Position numbers and translations under genes: made by a program. The notes beneath the pieces were generated by a model. The model was not told the DNA's origin and did no database searches. It saw only the letters and a program-made list of their open reading frames with translations. DNA of 63,039 nt, counting the filler. It is 16 parts of 16 records of this genome, joined end to end, with 100 filler letters (N's around TTAATTAATTAA, not from the genome) between each part and the next. Parts side by side here need not be neighbours in the genome. Positions count along the whole stretch, not along the records: positions 34,785 to 37,488 come from SRR9188676_875; positions 37,589 to 40,214 come from SRR9188676_880; positions 40,315 to 46,273 come from SRR9188676_883; positions 46,374 to 48,531 come from SRR9188676_885; positions 48,632 to 54,514 come from SRR9188676_894; 11 more parts are not named here. One strand, written 5' to 3'. The number at the start of each line of letters is the position of its first letter. Within the stretch, counting starts at the first letter, position 1. Shown piece after piece: positions 37,148 to 48,741 of this stretch.

Positions 37148-39704
37148 GTATCCACTTCTGTGTGTGTTTGTGTCATTCCTCAGAGGCTAATCCTTTTCGA
37201 GCGTTTAACTAGCATATCAACGACGCCAATAGGACATGCTACCCTGGAAGGAATGAGATTCTCCGAGGCCATGCCGTTCCACTCGAACCATAATTCTCAT
37301 ACACCCCTTTTTATAATAATCCTAATTATAATAAGAATAAAACCTTTCGGTCTTTCTCTCCATTTTGTGTTTGTTACTACCTATTCTTCATTAATTCATT
37401 CATTTCAACCTCGCATGCGTTCCCGCGATTGGACTTTTCTAACTTGGCCACGGTTTTCCTCTGTCTCTCTCTCTCTCTCTCTCGCTCGNNNNNNNNNNNN
37501 NNNNNNNNNNNNNNNNNNNNNNNNNNNNNNNNTTAATTAATTAANNNNNNNNNNNNNNNNNNNNNNNNNNNNNNNNNNNNNNNNNNNNGGGGGGGGAGGT
37601 TGGATAGATAAAAGAATGGAATATTGAAGTGTGGGTGAGGATAGGTGGCCGTGATTGTGGTTCTGGGACTTGGGGTGAATATGGATACTCCAATATCTGA
37701 TGAAATTTTGCCTAGGATGACATGATGAGTGTTAGGGTCTACGATGAGCACCCGCTGCGAGCTATTTTCTCCAAGGGTATCATCAACGATGGTCCGGATG
37801 AACTTGGCGGATGATCCGCTTCCGGATTTCATTGAATCGACTGGCGCATGTCTTCGTCATTCTTGAGGAGAGAAGTAAGACGTTTCATGTTGAGTTTCAG
37901 GGTACAGGGTTCGAGTCTAACGGGCGGTCAGCGTAGTCGAGAAATTGTAAAGGGATACTGAGACTTCCCGCGCAGATCGGAGGAGGCGGCCTGGTACGCC
38001 GGGGGGAAGGTACCCCTCCTATCGAACACGACGTATGGCCACGAGAGAGCCGAGGTCCGCATACGAGATCGAGAAGATAAAATGGTAGAATTACCTTCGA
38101 GGGTCTTAGTCTTGAGACCAGTAGACTCCGACGCCATCCTGCCAGATGAACCAAGAGGCAAGCTAGAATTAGGCTTGAAAGGACTTTGCTGGTGCTATCA
38201 GTGGTATTATGAATGACGTTTAAAGTGTGTCTTTCATACGACTATGGAGAGCTTTCACAAGCGTATGAATAACGACGAAGGAAATCCACGTAAGCGATTT
38301 TATATTCAGGAAGAAGGTGAAGAGCGATGAGTTTGATTTTACCTTCGACGAAAGTGACGATACATTGTTTTTTTATCTAAAATAAAATCAGTTCATTTCC
38401 TGTACTCGGTTTGCTTTCCGCTCGTGGTTTGCAATTTCTCATCTTTTTTCACGCGTTTTGATATTCATAATACATCACATTCATTATCTCAGATCCTGGC
38501 TGAAACCCTTTTCGAATGTTTCAATGACGATTGAATCTCATTTACACTGCTCAGTTTCCATACTTCCTCAACAGTTAGCTTTCGAGGAATTTCTCGTATT
38601 GGTAGAGTCCACGATAAAATATCTGGTCTAACTATATCGTTCTCTTTTGATATGTTGTAGTTTCCAATCCCCGGGCCCTCATCCGATCAAATTGGGTCAC
38701 CTTAACGAATGCTCACTCTTCACCCCCCTACAATACAAAATAACAGTCAATTTCCGTTCAAAGGGGGAGAATTTCAATTATAGCAGGGGAATGAGATGAA
38801 TGTGATTCGATGACGTACCAAAAATGTGAAATCGCGGATGTAGAGATGCTCGCCGCCCGGTGCCTGCTGTCAAATGAATGCGACAGGGATAAGTTCGAGT
38901 GGCCGGCGCGCTACTCGGCAGAAGCCCGCTCAATTTCGCATTCGCGCTTTCGAGCCACAGTATCAAGACTACGGTTAAAGTCGCGACCCAGGGAAGCAAC
39001 GCTCCAGCCAGACATTTCAAAAGTCATGGTGATAAGAGTTTTTCCTCGCTTTCGAATGAAAAAAAAAATAGTAAGAGACGATAACGGGGTTGAAAATCCG
39101 GCCTTGTGTCTTTTGCGTAGCAGATTTTGAGCATGAGAATATTCATGGAGGTCTCCGATAGAAGTGATGTGGATGGACTCGATACTGCTGCTCTAGGATC
39201 TGTCTTCGAAAGGGATCCGGAAATGTCGCAAAGCGTTCGTGAGGAGAGAAAAATATTCGTCTGGATAATGGCCATTGAGGCTGTTGAGGAACAGAGAAGT
39301 AGCTGCACCATCTGAAATACTTCAAAAAGGATTCGTAACCCGGAGCATCATATCACATCTCTCTCAAGGAGTAGCAGAGGAATCATATACAGTTCTTGTT
39401 GTGCGAACAAACCTTGTTGCTGAAAAGTTGAGAAATGAGGGGGAAGACAGACTATTCTAAACATTCTCAAGAAAGAAACACTAATTTCTACAAAACGAAG
39501 GCGTCTGGTAGCACTAAAATGTCCCCATCCTCTCGATGGGGCACAAGCATCGGGTTTCTTGAGTCAGGAGATGGTTTCCCGCCGAACCTATCATAATCGT
39601 TTTACTTCACGTGAACTCCGAAGTAAAACTTAGATAAAAGACCTCTACTGACATTCGATTCGAGATGATTGGAGAATACAAAGAGAGGGGAGCAGTTCGC
39701 TGCA

Positions 39705-40079
39705 TCAACCGAAGGGAGAAGACAGGAAATCGGGCTGTAGGAATGGATTTGACTGCCTCTCAGCCGCAAGTGTGGTGGGATCATTGTGACCCGGGAAGAC
39801 CACGGTGTTATCCGGGAGAGTCAGGATGCGCTTGAGTGATGTAACCATGTCTCTGGGGTCCGAGTGTGGGAAGTCCGTTCGGCCGATTGATCCCATGAAG
39901 AGCAGGTCGCCGCCAAACATGAGGTCGTGGGCTTTCTCGTAGAAGCACACGTGGCCCGGGCAGTGGCCTGGCGTGTGCAGTACAGTGAACGACAACTTAC
40001 CCACTTGCACTAACATGTTGTCGGACAGCTCCAAGTCAACCTTGGGGAGAGACCGGCACGGGATACCGTACGCTTTGCC
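39705..40079 (-). CDS. Last exon of a metallo-beta-lactamase-fold hydrolase (GloC/YcbL-like)
   Basis: HTPGHCPGHVCF, GDLLF.GSIGRTD, VFPGH, TT...E..SNPFL. Confidence 0.9.
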   Translation of the reverse strand, partial: GKAYGIPCRSLPKVDLELSDNMLVQVGKLSFTVLHTPGHCPGHVCFYEKAHDLMFGGDLLFMGSIGRTDFPHSDPRDMVTSLKRILTLPDNTVVFPGHNDPTTLAAERQSNPFLQPDFLSSPFG

Positions 40080-41051
40080 CTGAATACGACGATTGATAGA
40101 AAATGACAAAATTGGGATTGAGGTCAGAGAGCCAAAAATGCATGGGTCATGGTCTATGTGGTGATCCGTAGTTAGAAGTAAACAAAATAAAATAAACTCA
40201 TAATTCCCAGAATCNNNNNNNNNNNNNNNNNNNNNNNNNNNNNNNNNNNNNNNNNNNNTTAATTAATTAANNNNNNNNNNNNNNNNNNNNNNNNNNNNNN
40301 NNNNNNNNNNNNNNTTATTCATGCTTGACAGATCATATCTAAGAAACAACATCGCTGGTCGAACTCTTACTCTTCTGTTTTTAAGCTGTACTATGTCTGC
40401 AACCGGGTGATCATGTTCCGCGAACACAAAGTTTCATCATAATGACGAGCCGTATTCCATCTAACCGGAAGGGTTGTAACGAGAGACGGCGAGAAAGGGA
40501 TCTGGCGAAGTCGGTTTCAAACATGTGGTATCAGTCAGTGTTTTTTGGAGGATCAGATCCTTCAATCCCTGAACCTATTGGACACTGATAATTGACAATT
40601 TTGAAGTTGCAAATTCCGTTGTGAATTTTGTTTTGTGAGTGAGGACGTGAGGAACGAAGATTAGTCTAAATATGCATGTAGCGGCTGGCACGGCTGGGTC
40701 GAGTCTTGTTCCAAGAAATGAACACATAATAGTGAAAAAGACATAGCCATCTGGAGGAAAGTACAAGAGGATGGGATCCTGGTTCGAGTTTTTCACCGCA
40801 GATCGCTGGCACATGCACAGATCTGAGGTGCGAACAATATTTGTTCACAGGAGAATTATGCGATCATCTCGTAAAAACAATAGATATGGCAATTCATATC
40901 AGTGTACCTGTGAGGTCAGAGAATCTGGCCAAGTTCAAAGATCAGAAAGAAGAAAGAAGTCGCGAAAAAAAAAAAAAAAGAGAAGGTGACATGACGTGTG
41001 GATTGGGAATCTGACAAATCTCATCCAAACGACTCAACTTTCTTTGGGATC

Positions 41052-44000
41052 ATGTCCTCACTTTCAGAGGTTCAAGACCCTCTTGATGATGAAGAAGATG
41101 TATGTAGGATCTGTCGCCTCGAAGCTACACCCGAAAATCCTTTGTTTTATCCGTGCCGATGTTCGGGATCGATCAAATACGTTCATCAGGTACCTGCTCA
41201 CCTGCTTGCTTGCAAAGAACGAATGCTCATGATCATATGCACTTCATTCTACTCTTCTTACATCCAGGTTTGCCTCCAAGAGTGGCTTCAGCATACGAAA
41301 GCCGAACGATGTGAACTGTGTGGGCTGTCATTCCAATTCACACCTGTCTATGTGGAGGGAACGCCTCAATCCTTGTCTCCTCGAGAAGTCCTATGGGGAA
41401 TTGCAGAGAAAATGTGGTCTAGACTTCTTTATGCTTTTCGGTTTCTGCTTGCTTTGATCCATTGGTGTCTGATTATCCCACTAGTGACCTTTTATATGTT
41501 TCGGGTTTCCTTTTTGCGGCCCTTTGGCGATGGGGGATCATCAACATCCATTCTTCCTACTACCATCAGAGCTGCATCATATGATTGTATATCTGGCATA
41601 GTTCTCTCTATCGCGATCCTGCTCCTCTTCCTTGGATTAGCTTCCCTGAAAGAACATTTGGATGCTCGCCAACCTGCACCCCAAAGGGAAAGAGAAAATA
41701 ATAATAACAATGATGGTAATGACAATGACAATAATATTCATTTCGATGATGGGATCCCTGTGGTCCAAGATTTACGTGATGATCACGATGCTGTCCCTCT
41801 CGATCGGAATGATGACATCCTTGCTGCACTCCTCCACAATGAAGATGCAGATATCCCAGTGGAGGATTTGTTGGGTCTCACTGGTCCTGTATGGCGCCTA
41901 GCATCTATTGCCATGCAAGTTATTACATCCAATTTGGTGTGCTTGGCATTGTTCATTTTCATCCCCTTTCACTTGGGTCGCATCGCACTCTTTTTATACC
42001 GCCTTGCATTCCATTCCCTGCTGTATAGCGTTGGGCCCATTGTTGTTGTTGCTCCTATCATCGCCACCACAAATGACACCGCATTAAGTAATCACACATC
42101 ATCCTGGGCTTTAGTGCTGGCCTCCGAGGACTGGACCGTTCATGGTCTGAACCATATTCAAGCAGACTGTTTCACCATTGCTTTCGGGTACCTGGCAATC
42201 AGCTTATGGATTGTTCTCGAAACTACATTCCAAGTTCAATCGCCCATGACCTCCTATGTTCGCCCTGTCTTTGTTGCGCTCTATACCTTGATTCGAGCGG
42301 TGATTATTCTCTGTACTGAATTGTTCATTTTCCCACTGCTGTGTGGTGTTTCCCTGGACTTGTACACACTCGAACTCACCAACGGCACCTTTGAAAAGAA
42401 GTTCGAAACCGCTCGAAACTTTCCTGGATTTTCCTGCTTTTATCACTGGATTGCTGGTGTGTGCTACATGACTCATATTGCTGTGATCATTTCCAGCTTG
42501 CGCGAAATTGTCAAGCCCATATTTTTGCGCTATTTCCGCAACTACAAAGATCCGGACTTCCATCCTTTTCTCGATGCCATAGACGCCCCATTTTACAAGC
42601 ATGTGCGCAGGTTGCTCGGCTCTGCCCTCATTTACCTTTTCCTGATTCTTATGACTGTTCGGCTGCCTGTGGTTTTGGCAGTTCGCAATTTCCCGAGCAT
42701 GTTCCCCTTAGACCTCTCAGCCACTGATCCCTTGTCCATTTTCACGTACCTGGAATTTACACTGTTGTACTTCCTTGTGCCCATGATTATTGAACCTGAG
42801 CGCGCGCACAATTTCACCAAGTCTGTGCTTTCGTTTTGGATTGTGAATGCATCAAAGCTGCTGGGTGTTTCGCAGTGCATTCTGCGCACTGAGGATGATC
42901 TGGAACTGTTTGAAGTTGCGAATGCGAATGAGGATGGTGATGTGGGTTTGGGTGTGGAGCGGGATGGCGAAGAGACCAGGGAGGGAGAGGGTCAGGGGCA
43001 GGGAGAGTTTGAGGGGCAGTTGTTCGATGAAATCCCACAAGGACCATTGCCCCATGAGCACACGGCGACTCAGTATCATACACACCCGCAAATTTTCCAT
43101 GCAGATCATATGCCCAGCACTTCACATGACCATTCTGAACACCAGCATGACTATTCCCATCATTACCAGCCTCAAGATTATCATCAGCAATATCATCATT
43201 CCAACCTTGAGGACGCTTACACTCAGCAGCACACTGGATATGTGGGAGCATATCATGCGAATTCCGGCATCCCTGACAATTATGATACTAACAATGATGG
43301 CATTGCTGAGCATGATATCTATCCGGGAGGGGAACGGGAACTGGAAATTGAATCTGATATAGCACGCGAGGTGCCGATCCAGCCTCAGCATGAACACTAT
43401 GCACATGACTACTCATACCATTTCATTCCTGCACACTCACATTCTCACTCACACACCCATCAGCATCAGCAGCAGACATCCCACCCTGAATACTGCTCTC
43501 ACCATGGTACGTTCTCTCAATGGAATTCCTTGACTTCGTCCTTTTTTTCTTCTTTTTTTCACGATCACAGTTGATAGACCTACTCCTGTGCGAATTTGTT
43601 GATGCTCCATTCCAGACTATTTTCTTCATGCTCATTTCTTTGTGATCGAGGATTTTGAGGTATTCAGACGGTGGACTTCATTCGTGCTAAAAATATATCT
43701 AGTCTCATGAAAAAAAAATTATCCGCCCGCCGAGGCACACCCTCTGTCCTTTCCCCCGCGCATACGTATTCACTCACGCTCACTCCAACATATATCTGTA
43801 CATACGCTCATCTTTCTCCCTCTCCCTCTCCCTCTCCCGCACCTCTTTTTGTTTCGCTCTCTTTTTCAGCATACGACGATGATATCCAGTCGCCTGCTTA
43901 CCAGCCTGAATCTTCAAGTGGATCAGTGTCCTCTAACAACCACACCCTGCCTGACCCATCTTGCTCTGTCCTACCGCATTTATCCCTGCCCCCATCATCC

Positions 44001-46071
44001 TTGCCCACTTCAACGCCCGCAGATAATCAAAGTCATCAGAACAGTCGCACTCCCATGTTGCTCTCCCATTCATCTCAATCATTATCACAGCCAAGTTCCA
44101 TCCCCGATTTCTCCCCTGATGACAGCTCCCCTCGCCTGCCTGAACAGTCTTCATCTTTGCCTGCAATGCATTCCCAATCATTAAGTTCATTCTGCTCAGA
44201 ACAAGACATCTCATTTATTCACATTGTAACGGATTCTCAGAATGATGCACAACTTGCTCAAGTGTCCATTGTGCAAGGGGAAACACCTATCTCAATCATG
44301 CAGCATGCAAGTGTCAATAGCGAGCACGATATCAACCCAATTGTAGACTTACCACTTCATACTTCATCTGAGCTCTCCTCTCCATCACCATTTCCATCAT
44401 CCCTGTCCTCCGAAGTTCGCTCTTACGCTGTCCATCCCCTCTCTCACTCTCACACTCTTGCCTCCCCCACTCCCAGCCACAATCATTATATTCAAGCTCC
44501 CCTTCCCATGCCCGCTTCCGATTTTGATTTTTCTCAGGATTCTGAAATTCATACTACTCATTCCACTTCCCCTCATCATGCACACCCTGCATTCCCCGAC
44601 CTCACGGTATCTTCCCCCTATCCTGCCAGCCCCCCTACCAATATCTCGCATACCCAAGACGTTGCCTCTATTCCACTCTCATCTGACACTCTAGAGTCTC
44701 ACACTCACGAATCCTCACATGTCCAGTCATCTCCAGTTTCTCTAGATCATACCCCTATCATTGCACAATTCCCTTTGAAATATAATTCCCACTCGGACTT
44801 CCAACTCCAGGACACCCAACCGGTCATGACACATGACCCATGTCCCTCAGATTCTTCCGGCACTGATCCTCGCGACCTCATTTCCCTCTGTCAACATTAC
44901 CCCTTGGATCAATACAATCATCCCACTCCCACTACAGACCCGATTCTGAATGATTCTGACAGCACCTTCGCGTCTTTCACTGCCTTCCCGAATGCTCCAT
45001 CTATCTCTGAAATTGTACACTCCACCTCTCAGAATTCCACCCAAAATCCGTGTTATGAATCCCACAATGACTCCACTCCACGACACACGGAGACTAAGTT
45101 ATTTAGCAAAATTGATATTGAGAAAGACGCCACCCAACATGATCCAGCTACAGACCACCTGCAAGATGTCTCTCATTCTCATAATCCACATCATCCTGAA
45201 CATGAACCTGAACACGAACACAAACACACTCACGATGCCAGTGCTGATCAGGGAGATGCCTATGCTTATGATCCTCATCACGGTGAAGAGGCTGCGCAAT
45301 CCGCTCAACTACCCGACACTAGTACTTATGAATATGAACATGCTCCTGATGCTGACCATAGTCATGATGATGATGCTCACAATCATGGCCCTAATGAGGG
45401 TGACGACGAGAGTGCACAGTCGGCTGAACCACTTCCCACTGGTTCTCAAATCGTACGTCGTTGTGCAACACTCATTATCTTTTTATTTTCCCCCCTCGAG
45501 TCATGAACACCTGGGTTCTTCTCTTCCATGTGCTAGTCTATCAGTTATTGCTTTCCGCGGTCTCTCGACTCGAATCCAGTTCTTTGCCGCCGCCCAGGAC
45601 ACTGTTTGAGATGCTCTCCCTCTTTTTTCTTGTGTCATTGCTTCCTGATCCTACCCACAGGCTAGTCATCAAAATTCATCATACCTATGATCTCAGGTTA
45701 TTCTGTTTCATGTCATCTCTCTACCTCCGTACCTCCCTCTCGACATGTCGACCTCTCCTTTGCACTCATCTGATTTCCACTTCCAATTGGTGATTCATGA
45801 GCTCTTGATTGATCTATATCTTCTTCCTCCGTCGGCATGATCCATGCAAATAGGTCTACCCTCGGTTTTACGTTCCGCGTTTGACTCTGCTTGTGATCCT
45901 TGCCTTCGTTGCCACGGTGCTCGCGTACACATCGCTCCTCGTAGTCCCCTCCTATGTCGGGCGGCAGTTCTATTCACTGGTCAACTGGCACGGGGTCAGC
46001 ACAATGTACCAGTTTGCTACTGGCGTGTACCTCATCTGGGGATTATTGATCTTCTCGCAGCAGATCAGGCC
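41052..46071 (+). CDS. MARCHF6: MARCH6/Doa10-type RING-CH membrane E3 ligase (3'-partial); introns 41190-41267, 43507-43869, 45453-45853
   Basis: CRICR...LFYPCRCSGSIKYVHQ|CLQEW..CELC, EDLLGL.GP, ELFIFPLLCG..LD, HW..G, DPDFHP, and multiple TM segments. Confidence 0.92.
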
Positions 46072-46410
46072 GTAAGTATCTCAGTCTGAAATTCATCAAA
46101 CGAATCTTCCTGGGATAATTATTTAAGATGGAGAATCATGTTGGTATTGCACATCAAGTTTTGTCTTCTCATCGATTCGGCTCTACGTTCTATCTCATTT
46201 GTTCCAAAGTGATGCTGCCATTGTGGAAAACTCAATCAGCCGGTCACCTACCCTACCCTACCCTACCCTACCCNNNNNNNNNNNNNNNNNNNNNNNNNNN
46301 NNNNNNNNNNNNNNNNNTTAATTAATTAANNNNNNNNNNNNNNNNNNNNNNNNNNNNNNNNNNNNNNNNNNNNATATATATATATATATATATATAATAT
46401 TATTAAATAC

Positions 46411-48288
46411 CTCAGCAACAGCGGCTTGAAGTTTTGCAGGGTCGGAATGGCTCTTCCGATGGCGTGTTGTGATGGGTACAGGGAGGGTATCCACAAAACT
46501 GAGGCGACCGGGGGTAGCCGTGGTACCCCCCCCTACTCCTGGCAATGACGTGGAGGCCGAGCTCGACCCCCCGGGTAGAGATAATATGTTATTTGTAAGG
46601 TTACTGACGTTACTATTATTATTAATAATAGTTGACGTGTTATTGTTCAGGTTAGTGGGGTCGAAACTGATACTGGCGTGGTGGCTGTGGTGGACAATGG
46701 GGGTACGGGACTGGGAGGGCGAGGGGGGGGGTAAGGCTGACGTCACGATGTGCATGTTCATATGGGGGGTAGTTGATGTTAGGGAGGGTGAAGAGGATAG
46801 GTGTTCGTTGGAAGGATTGGGGGAAGGATGAAGCGTCGGAGATGATGAGGGGAAGGATGATGATGTGGCATTGGTTGAGTTCATAGGGGGGGTAGGGGAG
46901 TGTGAGTGCGATAGGGGGGGTAAATTTGAGGATGGGGAACTAGATACCACTACGGACGGAACTGGTTTGAACCCTGATCCCCCCCTGACATGTGAAGTGT
47001 TACCCCCCTCCATATGCACTGGGGATGTGAGGCGGGTTGAGTTCGAATTAGGGGGGGTATGGAATGATGATCTTGAGAGGGGGGGTGGAGAGGGCGCGGG
47101 AGATATAGGGGGTCTACTTGAGCTAGCATCCGTTACAGAAATAAGGGGGGTATGCGCGCGGTGTGGACCTAGGGGGGTAGAGGGCGTATGGGGGGTAGGA
47201 GATTGAGAAGGGGATGGTAGGGGGGTAGAAATACTAGACCCGATACCTCCATTAGAATCCTGGCTGATATGACGGATAATACTACTGTCCGAGTCTTGTG
47301 AAGTGATGGAAAGAGAGGCCTCTTTTACACCCCCTATATTCACATTCTCTAGACTATCATTGCTACTATAGCTGCCCGAGCTAACAAATTTGGTATTTTC
47401 GGTCCCGATTTGATGAATATCCAAATCATCTTTGCTCGACAGAGATGACTTTTTGTCCTTGGACTTTTTCTTTGCGCTGCCGCTTTTGCTGGAATTTTTA
47501 TCCTTAACTTTCTCCTGTTTGTCTGAGTCGGTTTCTTCTTTGGATTTGTCTTTCTTTCTCAGAGAAAGCCGCTTCCAAAGGGATGGGTGGGATGTGTGTT
47601 TCTGGGTGTCAGGTGTATGTAAATCTTGAGAAACAGGGGTGGAAATTAGTGAGGTTGGTGGTGTGGCTGTGGGTGTGAGGAAAGAGGGAATCTGTGTGGA
47701 AGCGTGTGGAATGGTCGGGTTGGGCGAGAGAGAAGATTGTGTACCCAATGAGGATAGGGGGGTGGTGGCGTTAGACCCGGGGTATGAGATATTGGCGTCA
47801 AAGTGTGAGCTGTTGGTAGGGTGATGAGGTGGCGTATGGATGGCCGAATGGACGGGCGTGGGAGTAGGCGTGAGACTACTATTATTAGTAACAGTGCCAG
47901 CCGTGACAGCGCTGCTATTAATAGAACTATTCGGTAACGGAGTCCTGTTACTCGGCCCACTACTAGAGGGGGGTAACGCCGAATTTGATAAAGAATGGAA
48001 ACCAGAGCTGCCGAACATAGAGGGGGTAGCTTGCAACGCAACGCTACTAGTAATAGCACTAGTGTTACTATTAGTAGAATTTCCGGTAGAGGCTGCAGTG
48101 GGAAGGTTCGGCAGGGAAGGTGAAGGGGTAGGTGCGGAGGAAGGTGTCGCCGACACGTCATGTGCCACGTCATTGATGTGGAAAAAGTATTCTTCAATGT
48201 ACTCGAAAAACTCGAAGCTGAGCGCGACACGTATGGGGCGTATGGATACCTCGAATTGGTCATACACTCGAATGCCACAAATATCACC
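46411..48288 (-). CDS. Internal exon of a BLTP2/Hobbit/FMP27/SABRE-like bridge lipid-transfer protein (Apt1 region plus low-complexity insert)
   Basis: GIRVYDQFEVSIRPIRVALSFEFFEYIEEYFF resembles the GGI.V.EHFEVNVVPLTIQLT..FF..M..FFF motif. It is followed by ~600 aa of S/P/T-rich sequence. Confidence 0.65.
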
Positions 48289-48741
48289 CTGAAATACCAG
48301 AGGTTCACATTCACAGACATAAAGACACAGACATAGATAAAGAGCAAATAAGAAGCGGCATCTGTGCGCTATCTATCTATGCACATCAAATTCAAAATCT
48401 ACAATGTGTTTCAAAATCTCGAAACTGAGTGCGAAACGAAAGGGCCGAATGGACACCTCGAATTGCCACATATCACCCTGAAATATCAGAGGTTCACATA
48501 CACAGACATAAAGATGCACACATAAGTAGACNNNNNNNNNNNNNNNNNNNNNNNNNNNNNNNNNNNNNNNNNNNNTTAATTAATTAANNNNNNNNNNNNN
48601 NNNNNNNNNNNNNNNNNNNNNNNNNNNNNNNCAAGATCTCGGGCTTGGTCACGAACCCCACAAGGGGTGCTTGCGTAAATAACTAAGCCATATTTACAAA
48701 GGCATGAATTTCAGATAGTAGAATCGTCACCGTCACCGTAC

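Noticed and set aside
39705-40079. Bacterial contamination (MBL hydrolase; also the hydratase at 20239-20418)
   Set aside because: Both begin at spliceosomal acceptors within eukaryote-like context.
46247-46273. (CCCTA)n at a contig end as a telomere
   Set aside because: Wrong strand for a right-hand telomere, only ~5 units, and inside an intron of the unfinished MARCH6 gene. It is a microsatellite that broke the assembly.
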